DNA of 64,000 bases. Source: Glycera tridactyla (lineage: Eukaryota). Made by a program: the position numbers and the translations under genes. Below, piece by piece: positions 29,560-42,890 of the stretch (position 1 is the stretch's first letter; every line of letters starts with the position of its first letter). The notes beneath the pieces are model-generated. The model was not told the DNA's origin, searched no databases, and worked only from the letters and a program-made list of their open reading frames with translations. Location of the stretch: the NCBI GenBank assembly GCA_965644265.1, contig OZ286459.1, forward strand, positions 71,114,001 to 71,178,000. The letters run 5' to 3'.

Positions 29560-32500
29560 TACACATTAGGGCTCACACCCACGCCATTCATGATGTGCTG
29601 CGATTGGGAAGAGTGCCTTTTGTTGCTTGCACTCCCCCAGCAGCTGAGACCCGATGGCACCAGGTCAAGCATGTATTGGTAAATTTATCAACGGATCTGG
29701 CAGCTGGAGGAAACAGATGGCTGGCCAAAAGATGCCCTCCATCATGCAGGCCAAGCACTATAAATCCAACCCATGGATAAACATTGTCCTGATTTCAGTA
29801 GACCTTCATGCAGTCACACAATTACTCTCTGAGATGAAACTACTGCTGGTCATGCACTAGAACATCAAAACTGACAAAAATGCTAACAGAAACCCCACAA
29901 AAATAATTTCCAGTGATTATTCCCTGCAGTGACCCAAAATATGGGACACAAATACATGCAACCACTGCATACAGAAAATTGGAAATGTGTGTGACCATAC
30001 ATTGATGTCCATATGTTGGAAGAGATACCAACTATTTTTCACAAGATACAACTGAGAAAATGAGGTCATGAAGACACATCATCATGATCTCCATTCAGAA
30101 ATAAAATCCATGAAATTTGTTGAAAAGCAATGCTTTTCACCTGGTGAACATCAAAATGATCACCCCAGATGTCACGGAAAAAAAATGGTATTCTAGCATT
30201 GTCATCCCTGACTAGCATCCCAACACTAGTATACTGAGTCTTTTCACCAGCCCCAATTCATCACTAATTTGTAGCAATTACAGCTATTATATGAAAGTGG
30301 CCCAGTCTATATGTGCATACATGCTGGCAAATTAGCTGATTGGCCTGCATCAGGGTATCAGCAACATTTCTATTATCCTCCTGTATATATGCCAATCATG
30401 TTTAGACGCCATCTCATTCCAGCTGACCAGTCTCGCAAATTATTTTACATATCGTGATCATAAAATCAAGCAAAATCAAGGGTTAAATTTTCAGTTGCAT
30501 ATGATATTGCTGCAATATATTTTTAGAATCTGGTTGCATATTCATATATTCTGCAGAAAAGGCACTAAAATCCTTCCAAGCTGTGATAGCATCGAGCCAT
30601 CTTTCAAGCTAGAAACCTGCATAAGAGACCACCTCTATACAAAGGCTACTTGCCTATATAACGACCATCCCAACTAGTGACCACACATGTATTCAATCTA
30701 GCATTTTGTACTCTTCTATAACCCATTTCATCCCAATCAAATTATGAGCATCTTTCAGAATTTGCTTCAAGACATTGCAAATTTAGAGTATGTCGAGTGA
30801 CAAGTGTCAATTACATTGATGCCATGCTCTAGATGTAAGGCGGTTCGTGGAAATGTGCACATTTTGCGAGTGCATCCCACGCCGTAGACCATGATTGATG
30901 GCGCAATGTGCGATAGACGTCCAGCTAATGGCAGCTCATCGCATACAAGACAATGGTAAAACGAGATAAAGACAGCTGATAATGTCATCAAGGAAAGCAT
31001 TATCTGTGCGGTGTGACACACAGATGCAACATAACACTCCACTTTAGGGCAATATCGAAACCACTGCAACCACACTGATTGTGCAAGATGAATCTCATTT
31101 GGACTCCTAACTAGGCCACTGGTTCTCAACCGATCTTGCTCAGAACCAAACTGGGCAATCTGGCTGCCGAACTGCTATGCCCCTGACAAAATACAGGACA
31201 TAATTTTGTATAATATATGCATCAACATGTTGTATGGTAAGGAATGATGAGGTGAGAATGAATGTGAAAGTGAGAAAATTTTTTAGGGGTATACAGATGT
31301 GCATTTAAGCACAATGGATACATAAGGAATAAAGATTAACTCTTTATGGCGAAGCGTTCAAAACTGTGCTGCTGCAGGTCAACACACTGATGAGTATGCT
31401 TTAATAAGGTACATGTGCCATCCCTCAAATGAGATGAGTGGGTGAGAGAATTCCCATTTAATCACTAGAGAATCACATGGAAGGGTTAATTTCAGCCCCA
31501 TGCAATGAAGCAAGAGCTTGCTTATATGATATGCCAAGACAGCTGTCACTCTTCTCCAATCATGAAGTATAGATGAAGCATCTCAACTGAAGATAATTAA
31601 TTTCTAATGACTGCACTCATAATCTGGAGCTAGCAAGAGCAAGAAGCACCCACCAACATATGGCTGCACCAATATAGGAGGATATAGCACTAGACATGCA
31701 GACTCTTAAATGCAAATACGAGCTCTCATATCGCATGCAACATCGATACTGTGATCTTTATTCATCTCACGCCAGCTCAGTGATGTAACATGATATTCTG
31801 TGACTTCTTGGTGCATTGCCAAGGCAAGAGAATGTCGATTTTCATTGATATAGCAACAGCAAGAACTACCAAAATGTGCCAAATCAAAGTTAGGAACTGC
31901 AAAGGGCACCATACTCCTCCGAGAATGCAATCAGTCGCTGAAGATTTCTCAGATCTTACGCAGCATCGTAGGTAGCCCCTAGCCCATGCACTTTGACTTC
32001 AGTAGAATGGAAAATATATCCTTCACTGAAAACACCTCACTACCTTGGATTTGAGCACATGAGTCTTCGATTAGCCGGTTCTTGTGAAGATAGGCCGGCC
32101 AGTTGCTGGGGAAACTGACTCAAAGCTGAATCAATCGCAAGTTTATCACAGGTGTCATCATCAAATGCTGAACTACGCTCTCTACCAACTCGGTTGAAGC
32201 AAGGAAGAAAATTCAGAAAATTCAATTGAAATCTGTTGGTATGGTATGGCAACTTATTGAGAACTGTCCGAGTTCCGTTCTAGTCCATGTTCCCAAGAGG
32301 ACATACAGATGATTGCATTAAAATGATTATTCTTACTCAGACATCATGCATGAATGTACTATATTGAAATGCCGCTCAGTGGCATATATTCACTTAGGAT
32401 GATATCCACTCAGTATTTATATTAATAATCACAGCAGAAGATAGACCAAATGGACTGTGGTACAAGTATCCAGCTAACCCACACATTTATCCATTGATAC

Positions 32501-34227
32501 AGCAGCTATTCAGTACCTAACAATATATTTATTGAGCTGTTTTCGCTGACAACAGTAATAAGCCAATATTTATCCGAGCCTCATCAGCTGTCAAATTAAG
32601 GGTTATGATAGGCATATTTGTTTATATAGTGATATATTACAGGCTGCAAATCTATATTAGATCATACAATGCTATGCTTCACCCAGCCACCCTAGAAAAA
32701 CAAACATATCAATAAGCTGTCTACACAATGTCCTTGGCGGCACGACACGACTATCAGGCTTGGATCCCATTCCATCATTTGGTGCATACCACCCGCAAAT
32801 GTTAGGACAGATTTTCTTATACTAACTCTGCCTCAAATTTCTGATGTTCTTCTCAGATATGTCAGCCGGCATGTAGATTGAATAACTGAATCATTAGAGT
32901 GGGAATATTCAATTGTCTGGAAACTATATACAAGCATGGATGGTCCACCATCAAGAAAATCTGTATTTCAGCATATCAAGACTGCGGCCAATGGTCAGGA
33001 TTTTCTTTGTCCACTATATCTTTTCCCTATTCTCGGTACCTCAAAAAATGACTCTACCATGATCTCTTTTCTATTTGTGAATGATTTCATTATTATACAT
33101 CCATTTGTGTCAAATTTCTATTTTTGAACATTACAGTACCCAAAATTGAACTGAGGGATGAAAGAGTTCACAGGCAAACCTTGGCATGAATCTAACATCT
33201 TAGATTAGACACGATCAGTAATGGAGAAGCCCGCTAGTTCTGGTGGCCGAGGAAGAAGACAAATTCATCACGGTCTCTTTCTGTGACAGCGTATCCACGG
33301 GGACATGAGATTAAACAGAGAGATTCGATTCTAGAGTCTGCTCGTCTGTGAATGCATTTGATGTAGGCTTACACGCCCAATCTCCATCAACTTCAAGCAG
33401 ATCAGCAGGATCAGGAGTTGGATCGACATGCCACACTCATGTATTTGCATCTGAGCCAATGCTTGAAATATCTATACAGAATACTATCGTCCATTCTCCT
33501 ACTGATCACCATTTATTGTCCACCAGAGGAGCATTATTCTCAAGATGGAAATACCAAATATGGCATTGAAACTTAAACTGCGACATTTGGAGAGGAAATG
33601 ATGGATACAAGAATGACAGAGACTATTGAGCATACAACAGTGATGGTCTTCATAATTACCGACCACCTGTTACCTTGATTATGACACCATGATGAGCATG
33701 CCTCATGTATCATGTTCCACACCCTTCATTTTCATGATTATTTGAGGTATAAAAGCAAGATCCCATGGTTTCGGGACTAACCACAATATTCTATAGGTGC
33801 TATAGGAGATACTGCTGCCAACACTACTGTCGCCAAGATACCTCTATTATTGCTTCTAAGAGAGGCAAATTTCACTCACTGAACCCAAGAAGTGCATTGG
33901 GTATAAGAAATGCATGAATGATGCAGTGCAGGTGATCTGTTGTCGAGTGACCGTACTGAGAATGCCTTGGTTTATGGCCACCAGGTGGTGCTATGCATGT
34001 CAATGCAGTGATCAGTGGAATCCCAGTGTAGTATATCTTACCCACATCCAGAAAACATGTATCCAATAACCAACAGTGGCCAGAAAATCCCATCACGATT
34101 TCTCCCTCAACCCCCTGCCCGCCTCTGTACTAATACACATGAATATATCATATCTACCTGCTATGAAAAAATACCCTGAAAGGAGTCTCTCTAAAGATAT
34201 GATATCTCATGATAAGTACATCTAACT

Positions 34228-34385
34228 AGTGTGAAAACCCTGATTAGACCTGAACAAAGAACCACCCCACAGGAAACTGTTTTTGCAGGGCAGCTGCTTT
34301 ACTGTACGATGTCAAACATACCTCCAACAAGAGACCACCTCTTTTGAGAGACAACTTTTTGGTGAAATTGAGGTTGATCTCTATG
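34228..34385 (+). mobile_element. MITE family A, degenerate
   Basis: gcagggcagct..gtcaaacatacctccaacaagagaccacctcttttgagagacaactttttggtga matches the family A core. Confidence 0.7.
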
Positions 34386-36660
34386 AATGTGAGATATGAA
34401 TCAAATGATAATCACAACCCATGAGTTTGTGGAGAAAATATCAATAACTCAGAAGTTTGAATACAAACAATACCCTCAAAGGGTAAATTTGGTGGCAGTG
34501 AAGAACGCAGACATCGGAGGCTGTGAGTCGAGTGGGTGTGAAGCAGGTATGTAATAAATGAGAAAAGGCCCTTGCAAGTAGTGCCGACCAGTGAATAATT
34601 CAACAGTTGGCCTGGTCACCAAGACACCCTGCCAGCCCAACAGGGACCCATCATACACTTCAGGCCCATCCACCAAACTTGGCTTCATTTCAATGCATTC
34701 ATCAAATATTCTAACCCTCTGTTTTTCTGTCAAAGGAGAGCTGCCATCATCAAAAATTTACCCCTAAACACTGCCCTTGTGCACTCGAAACATACACCCA
34801 ATCAATCATGTTGGACATACATCTGAAGGACTTGCTTCGCAACACACGAAAAGCAATCTATCACATTCTTTTCTAAATCTGTACTTCAGTCAGCCTCAAC
34901 CACTGACTTTGATGGGTACTTCCGAGAGCTCTCAACAGGCAGTTAGAGACAATGAGATAACCATGATCTGGATGATGGGGAATTCCCCATTCATTCCAAT
35001 ACAAAGGAACTTTCCTATGATGTGGTCAAATGAGTAAATTATGATGCGGAAGGGGAGGGGGGGGGGGGGGAAGAAAACAATACACCTGAATCCTAAAGTA
35101 TTTTTGTCTAGTTTGTATGGAGATAATCTAAGACTAACATCACACATTGTGGATGATCATGGTGATGATATTTGTGAGATAAGAAGACCAAGGTTTAGCT
35201 GATATGACAAAGCATCATCGACACTATTTAGCGGCACCAACTGTACGAGAATCGTTCATGTCTAACAGCAATCAACAGTGGCAGTTCCGACAAAGCCAAC
35301 AGGTGTGGGAGGTCAAAGAAGGGAGGGAGGGAGCTGCCTAAATATTAAACGTACTTAAATATGCGACACAAATACATTATGATTGAGGTGTATTGTTCTC
35401 CCTCTCCCAGACTAGACTCAATTCATATGCATTAGATAGGGGTTGTTGAGACAGGAGGCCCTGGTATATGATACTACTATCAATGTAGGTTACATCCACA
35501 ATGCATGCTGATTATTCTACGGAGGGCAGATGACTAAATTGGAGGAGCATGTCCGGAATACAGACTGTGTCTGTACTTCTTTGATATATTACACTTGGGA
35601 GCATACTGTTTACTGGCATGAATGGACATCTGATTCCATCCAGCACTGCTTACTCCCAATCCAGAAATAGGGAAAAGGGAAAATGCATTTTTCTTACTCG
35701 CAGGGTATATCACAAAGGATATATCAGCCCCCCCCCCCAGAAATGAAGTGGAATAATACAATCCATAAAGGATCTGTCCATACAGGAAATCAAATTTCTA
35801 GGCATTTTTGAAAAGGGCACAAAGAAAGAGTAATTTGAGTGAAACCTACATGGGATGAAACATGTTGATCTGGCTAAGGTCGCATTAGAGAGTTCAGACA
35901 TACATGATCACAGGCTTTCCAACTCTGATATCTGCATAATGATCCCAGAGAGGGATATTTCAAGGAAGTGGACATGAGTAGACAAAATACTGCAACTTAG
36001 AACGCACATGGTGAACTGCTCCCTGCATTAAAAGGTTAAGCTTCATAAGAGGGAAAGATTAGGAAACTTGTAAAAAGGGTTTGGTGTTAGTCATTGAAAC
36101 ATGTTTGGACACCCTTCAATGAATATCCAAACAGAACTCCAGCCAGAGTGAGATTAGCTCAACCTCATAAAATAACAGACTTTGGACTGAATTGGTCATT
36201 TTACGCACATAACTCTACAACAACCACAAGAAAAACAAATTCAGCTAATCACTGTTCACTTGTACAAATATTTTCTGAGCTGAGCACTTCATCCGAGCCT
36301 TTTATGAACATCTACACACAGTGAAGACTGCCGATGCATATTCCTTCAGCTAGTTTCGTCCACCAATGCGGCCAAATTCATGACTGACAGGGCTAAATGA
36401 ATCAAATACTGGGAATATTGTGAGAATTGAAGTGATGTTTAAATATTTTTTTTTGTGAATGGAATACTGGGAAAAGAGGCAATCATCACTGAATACAGGG
36501 GTGATTTTTTTTCCCTAATTATAATTTAGAGTTTTTCCGCATTGAGATCTTACGGGAAATGAACATGTCTTTTGCGAGACTGAACCAGAATAGAAAGAAC
36601 GTGGGAAGAGGTTCAAGAGGATTTTCTTTGTGTGCACCGACCCTCCCCCCTTCCTCTCAC

Positions 36661-36870
36661 TGAGGCGACTTGCAGGATCAGCGAATGCTGTTGGGTATCG
36701 GAAATCTAAAGGCAGCATGTGCTCACGCTCGGGGCATCACTCTAATCTTGTTTCACAGGCTGTAATTAGCAATGACAAAACTGCTCAGGGAAGAGTACAG
36801 CCACGTGACTGATCATGTGACCCCGGCCATTGGTGGGCGCCTCCATGTTACTGGTCATGTGACTGAACTT
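36661..36870 (-). promoter_or_regulatory. E-box/CCAAT cluster with a possible short phase-1 first exon
   Basis: Three GTCAC(G/A)TG-type E-boxes (about 36801-36865) surround a CCAAT box (about 36830). Downstream on the minus strand is ATG 36718 ... CTC A|gtgaga (58 nt, phase 1, weak donor). Confidence 0.25.
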
Positions 36871-38055
36871 GCTTTCAAAAACAGCACAACATTGTTTCTC
36901 CCCCAACGCATTGCCTTCTTCTTTGCAATTAACAATTCCCTGATGAAACATCATTCCCTGGTCTTGAGAGGACTATAGTTCATACTTCATCTCTTGGTTA
37001 CACAATCAAATACATATTGATTTGCATGCAATTCTTTATGATGCAATCTTGCTGAGCCATCACTGCTATCAGGCTTAATTTCCTTGGATCCCTCGATTGA
37101 TACTGTAACTACAAAGCTACAAATGTCAGCCATGTTGTATGGATGGGACATGATACCAAAACTGCATTTGGCTGGACATATGGCTTGCAAATCAGTCCAA
37201 AAGATGTACGGCAATCTCAATTTTAGAATTTTGGTGGACAAGCCCTGTGGACACCAACTGTTGCCTGTTTGCAACTATGCGACAACTGATACTTTGGAAT
37301 ATTGAAGTAGCGTGTAAGAAGTCCCAACATTCTCCCATATAGCAAGGCATGTATTCATTAAGTGATTGTTCAACAGCACTAATGATGGGCAACTCCACCG
37401 AGATCAATAGCTGCACTCAATCTAGGTCAGATAGGATTGAGTATCCCTTGATGCTTGCACTAGCTTCTAGTAATCCATTATCCACTGGGCCATTTTCATC
37501 ACCCATGTGTACAATCTCAATCCTCACAATTTACAGTAAATCATTCTGACTCTAATTTTTCAACGACGTTTGCTATCCATACAGTGGATTGTGCATGTAC
37601 CAATGATATGTGAATGAATGTGGATACTATGTATTAGTCGATGGAAAAATCTTTGAGAGGAATTTGATATGAAGGTATTTGAATAGAATACGTAAGTTAA
37701 TTTTAAATTGGGAAGATATGACAGAAAAAATACATCATTCACCAATTCTCATTGAGAATGCATACTTCGGAATATTTCAAGATATGAATATCAAACATTA
37801 ACTTCAATCACTGACATAGTCTGGCCCAGGAGGACACTAGATGTCCTCGCTATTCTGCGAGATGGCATATCGGCCATCTGGTGTCTCATTTATAGCAAGA
37901 GGGTCAATACAAGATCAATTGGCCAGCAGCTCTATCAGATTGAATCCATCTCCGATTTCAAGACTTTCTCTCGCTTCTCGCAAGTCACAGATAGCGCCCA
38001 GTCACAGCTGCAGATCTGGCTTGTGTATACACAAGACAATTAGATGTGGCTGTCT

Positions 38056-38056
<1 letters not shown>

Positions 38057-38116
<60 letters not shown>
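38057..38116. repeat. (GT)n microsatellite
   Basis: Direct reading. Confidence 0.95.
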
Positions 38117-38120
<4 letters not shown>

Positions 38121-38404
38121 CATGCAAATGCATACATCTGTGTATACACATGCATTTACGGGTGTGCACATACTTTGAAAATGGATTGATTCAGCCCATT
38201 GCAAACATATTCTATCCACAGATTTGAGTCTGACACATTAATATGCAGGATTCACAGTCGAACTCACCAAAAAACCCTTCGGGTGGCATTTGGAGGCTGG
38301 TGGCCCTTATGCCGAGGTGGTCTCTTTAGCATGTTCAATTTCTATTTTTCTTTTCTTTTATTGGGGGGGGGGGGGGGGGGGGTAGGCAGATAGAAGACAG
38401 TCCT

Positions 38405-38540
38405 NNNNNNNNNNNNNNNNNNNNNNNNNNNNNNNNNNNNNNNNNNNNNNNNNNNNNNNNNNNNNNNNNNNNNNNNNNNNNNNNNNNNNNNNNNNNNNNN
38501 NNNNNNNNNNNNNNNNNNNNNNNNNNNNNNNNNNNNNNNN
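38405..38540. other. Assembly gap
   Basis: N run next to a G-tract. Confidence 0.98.
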
Positions 38541-41121
38541 GGACAGTGCTACTACTAGCTATGGCAGCCAGGAAGGCACTCATACAATCGGGTAACCCCC
38601 CTCTCACAATCCACCGGATCTTTGCAAACCTTGTTACTCTGTTGGCTGGAAGTGCACTGGAAACACAATTATTTAGCACAGCTGCTGTTTGCTAACATCT
38701 CAAACATTGAGCTCAATCTAGCATCCCTCCAGTCATAATTACGCACCCTACATCACACTTTTGTTCTACAAGTAATTCCCATCCATGTGGCAATGAAGAG
38801 TTCCATCTATTTCACCGACAAGATCTACATCATAAATTTTTGTCACTTTCAGATCATTTGACTCAGTCATTGGCTACTGCTCAGAGATGAGTTGCAAAAT
38901 ATTATCCCATTTCATACTAATGATCATAAATATCATTACTATTGTCAACTACATGCATCATGGAGAAATGGGTCACAGTGAGCAATAACTCATGGAAAAA
39001 TGCAATATTTGGAAACAACTTTTGAGCCAGAATGTCGATATCATCCCCGGTGTCGAAAAAGGTATATCCATGGTCTGTAACAAGAATAATTCAGAACTGA
39101 ATTTCACAGATATTATCATATAATGGTCTGAAACACCGGTTCATAAGAGGATATTCCAGCCATTTCATGTCAGCAATCCAATGGATAAGTACACGCTAAA
39201 AGCAGGGTGTTATTCAAAGATAATGAGTATATTGCATAGAAATTGGTTTTGACAATGTTAATTCAGATGACTTGACAATCACTGATGGCAACCCATGAGT
39301 TGCCATGGATATCATTGTTTACAGGCATGATGGATTCCGAGATTGCCGTCAAAATCAATTTAAGAATAATTGAATTCGGTGAAATCATGCATATGTTAAA
39401 TTGAGACTTGTATCAAATGTAGATGGTTATATTTCTGCTCAGAGGCTCACAGTGAATTGGCACTTTGAAGGGTCAGTGAGACAAATGAAGTTATGGTCAT
39501 GGATGAAAAAAAAAAAGCATCAATTGAGTTAGAGTTGGAGGAGAATGAACATCAGCAGCAGCCTATAAATTTTTATCCCGAATAATCAATACAATCTGAC
39601 TGAGGGCTGTATGGGAGTTAATCCGTCACATATTGACAGATGAGATTCGGTCACTCTTGGAAGCACTCTCCAAAAAAAGAGATAAAAATACACAACGAAA
39701 TACAGGATGAAAGCTGATGCAAAAATATGGCAAATATGTGTCACTGCCAAATTTAAATGATGCAGCACTGAAATAACCATCTACGAAAGATTGTAATAGA
39801 TCACACCTTTGTCAAGTTTTACACTGGATGCTCTTTGGTGTTCAACAGAGTTTAATTTTAGCAATGGACACATTAGAAGGACATGGCAGATTATTTGCCA
39901 TCTATGTATAGCGCCAAATCATCAGCAAAAATGGGTTACAGCTGTCTATGATACCACTACATCATCCTCAGGTTAATTATTTTGACTGCATGAAATTACA
40001 TTCTACCAGCAGCCAAATTTCACATGGCAATGAATCAGCTGCATGTATATTTGAGTATATTGCCCTGGCTTGGATGTAAAATTGGCCGAGGAGCTCAGCA
40101 CTAGCGCCAACTCAATCACACTCATAGTGTCGCTCTATGCCACCAGTACTCAAGCTAATTAATATTGAAATCCTTAATTAGATTAGAAGAGGGAGGTGAT
40201 GAGTGAGCGGGAGTTGTCAGTCTACACTTTGCTTTTCTTCGAACCCGCTTGGCACCCCCAAGATGAGACATATACCACAACGATTAACTGACCCTAATCG
40301 CGGAGACACTGATTACAAAGCTACTTATCATATAGGACCTGGTACCGAGACAATCAGCATATAGAAAGAAGGGTTCAAAACACTAGCTTCATGCCCCATC
40401 CATCTCCTACTCAGCACCTGCAGTTTTATTCTGCCATGAATAATGGTAGCAATTTTGGCAGCAACGGTTGGCTGGACCCCTAGCGTTTGCGAACATCGGA
40501 GTATTTTGCTCCCTAAATTCTACATCATGAGAGCCAGCTGGTTCCGCAAAATGTAAAGATGGGCATTTCAGCAAATATTCAAAATGTACAGATACTTTTT
40601 ATGTCACTATATTTGGGGCATCACCACATAATATAACCATGTTGGGAGATGAATAAGTGAACTTTGTGAGGTAACTAGTTGGCTTTTTTCTTCATAATTC
40701 AATTCCACTTATGACAATATGATAGGGGAAAGTGGACACATCCATTAAACATCTATAGGGTTAGTTCATTTTGAGATTATATGAAGACCACATCAGTGAG
40801 GATGTGGCGATTGTAAAGACAGCTACCCTGGCACATGCGCAAAATTTGTTTGAAAAGCTGAATGGATGGAAATCAGTTGAAGTGTGGAAGAGTTACAGGG
40901 AAGGGTGTCTGCTCCATGTCTTAGAAGTGAGAATGTCTAAATCATGTCACTCAGCGTACATGTTGTCATGACAACACACCAGAGGACTTCATGAATGTTT
41001 CAATTTTCGAAAGAAAAAACGGAATAAGCAATCAACTTCTATGCATGAGCTGTAAACTGATTATAACTCTCGACATTATTCTGACTTCTGCACCAAGGAT
41101 CCGGCTTCACAACTTTTATGC

Positions 41122-41218
41122 TTTAGTCTGACTCTCTATAAAGACCACCCTCGGTCGCATCAAATGTGGCTTTTATAGGGAGGTGGTCTTCATAGAGAGG
41201 TGGTATTTATAGAGAGGG
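41122..41218 (+). mobile_element. MITE family B, degenerate left part
   Basis: ctctctataaagaccaccctcggtcgcatc..tagggaggtggtcttcatagagaggtgg matches 51534-51700. Confidence 0.75.
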
Positions 41219-42357
41219 GGCCAATGATCCAGGAAAATGTTGAACTTCCTTTCAGCCGGTTCGGTCAAATTTCAGTGAACTTTTTTAGCGAAATGACATG
41301 AATTTGGCTATCTGACTAATGGCCAACCCTAACCCAGCTTACATGTGTTCCCACTCAGAGAATGAGATGTAATGCCACGGATCTATACAAACATCCGTGA
41401 TTGACAGACTCATAAAAATGTGAAATTGATTGCCCAAGTTGATGAAAAGGTGGACAAAAGCTGATGCATGCAGCAAATATGATGAGTTTCATAGGTCAGA
41501 TACATTTGCATTTGTTATGATTGCAAGTCATCTAACCTGAAATAACAATCCTCTCGGGCTAAGGAGGATCATAGATGCCTCCTCTGAGAGGATGCCAGTT
41601 TCAAATATTTCATATTCTCATAGATCAAATCGGAGGATGCAGCCCTTTCTAAACAGAATATGCATCTGACTGACCCAAGTCCACATCGAGTGCAGATAGG
41701 ATGGGCACTTCCCCATCAGCTGGGATGATGAATTGCATTAAACCACCCCTCTTCCCACTACCATCAATTATTATGTCTCATTCATTATTAATATTAATTA
41801 CTTATTCTCAATCACTGGTGGTGATGTTGAGAGAGGGGGGGGGGGCTGAATGAGCAGGGAGTGAGAGGGAAATCAATGGAGCACCGTGAGAAGCTCTATA
41901 GAGGCTCACAAGCCCCCCACCCCCACCCCCCACCACCAGCCCGAGCAATCAACCACTTTCATAAGCTGATGCACACCCTGATTGAACTGCAATGATGTCG
42001 GCATAATCTTCATTGTTCAATGACAGCATAATGCTGGAGGATGACCTGAATGTGTGCCTTCCTGTCACTTTCTAGCAGAGCCATTGCCCAGCATTTGCTC
42101 TTCCACAATGGCGTGAATCCAAAAGTGGGCCAAGTTGACATCACAAGCCAGTCTTTGTTCACGTTCATGGCCACAGCTGACTGTGCATATCAGCTATATA
42201 GTCATGTGCGAAATGAGCAAATATACATGTATGACATAAATAGGTGAATCTCAGACACTGAAATACAGTGGCATCTGCAAAAAAGAGAATGTCCTAAATG
42301 CCTCCAGAAATTGATCTCACGGATGGGAATGGAAAATATGTTGTCTGAACTGATAGA

Positions 42358-42430
42358 TCAGGTGGTCTCTCATCAAAGGTATTTTTGACAATGTCAAAAA
42401 AAAGACCGGCTGCACAAAAATGGTCTCTCG
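42358..42430 (-). mobile_element. MITE family A internal fragment
   Basis: Reverse complement contains gagagacc..ttttttgacattgtcaaaaatacctttgatgagagaccacc. Confidence 0.55.
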
Positions 42431-42732
42431 AAATAGCCTTCATCTCATCTCAAGTTCCAATGTGCTGAGTGAATATTTGCACTCAATTTTTGTATTATTA
42501 GCTAGGTTATAAGCAAAAAATGAGAAAATGAGAGAAGAGCTCTGCCTATATCGGGTGCCGTGAAGGTGTATTTTTGCCACCTTGTATGGTGGAAAATAAA
42601 TCAGGTTTGCCAAGAATGAAAGAGGGTCGGGCTGGAGTGGGCCACGACTACCTTGTCAATATTGGTAAGCCCATTAATTATGTATGGAACTGCCTGATTA
42701 TGTGGCCGCTAAGCTACACTAGGCAATGATGC

Positions 42733-42890
42733 NNNNNNNNNNNNNNNNNNNNNNNNNNNNNNNNNNNNNNNNNNNNNNNNNNNNNNNNNNNNNNNNNNNN
42801 NNNNNNNNNNNNNNNNNNNNNNNNNNNNNNNNNNNNNNNNNNNNNNNNNNNNNNNNNNNNNNNNNNNNNNNNNNNNNNNNNNNNNNNNNN
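42733..42890. other. Assembly gap
   Basis: N run. Confidence 0.98.

Noticed and set aside
10306-38392. Two sites sharing T-tract + G-run + TAGGCAG (about 10306 and about 38350)
   Set aside because: Shared sequence outside the homopolymers is only 7 bp, which is not enough to define an element.
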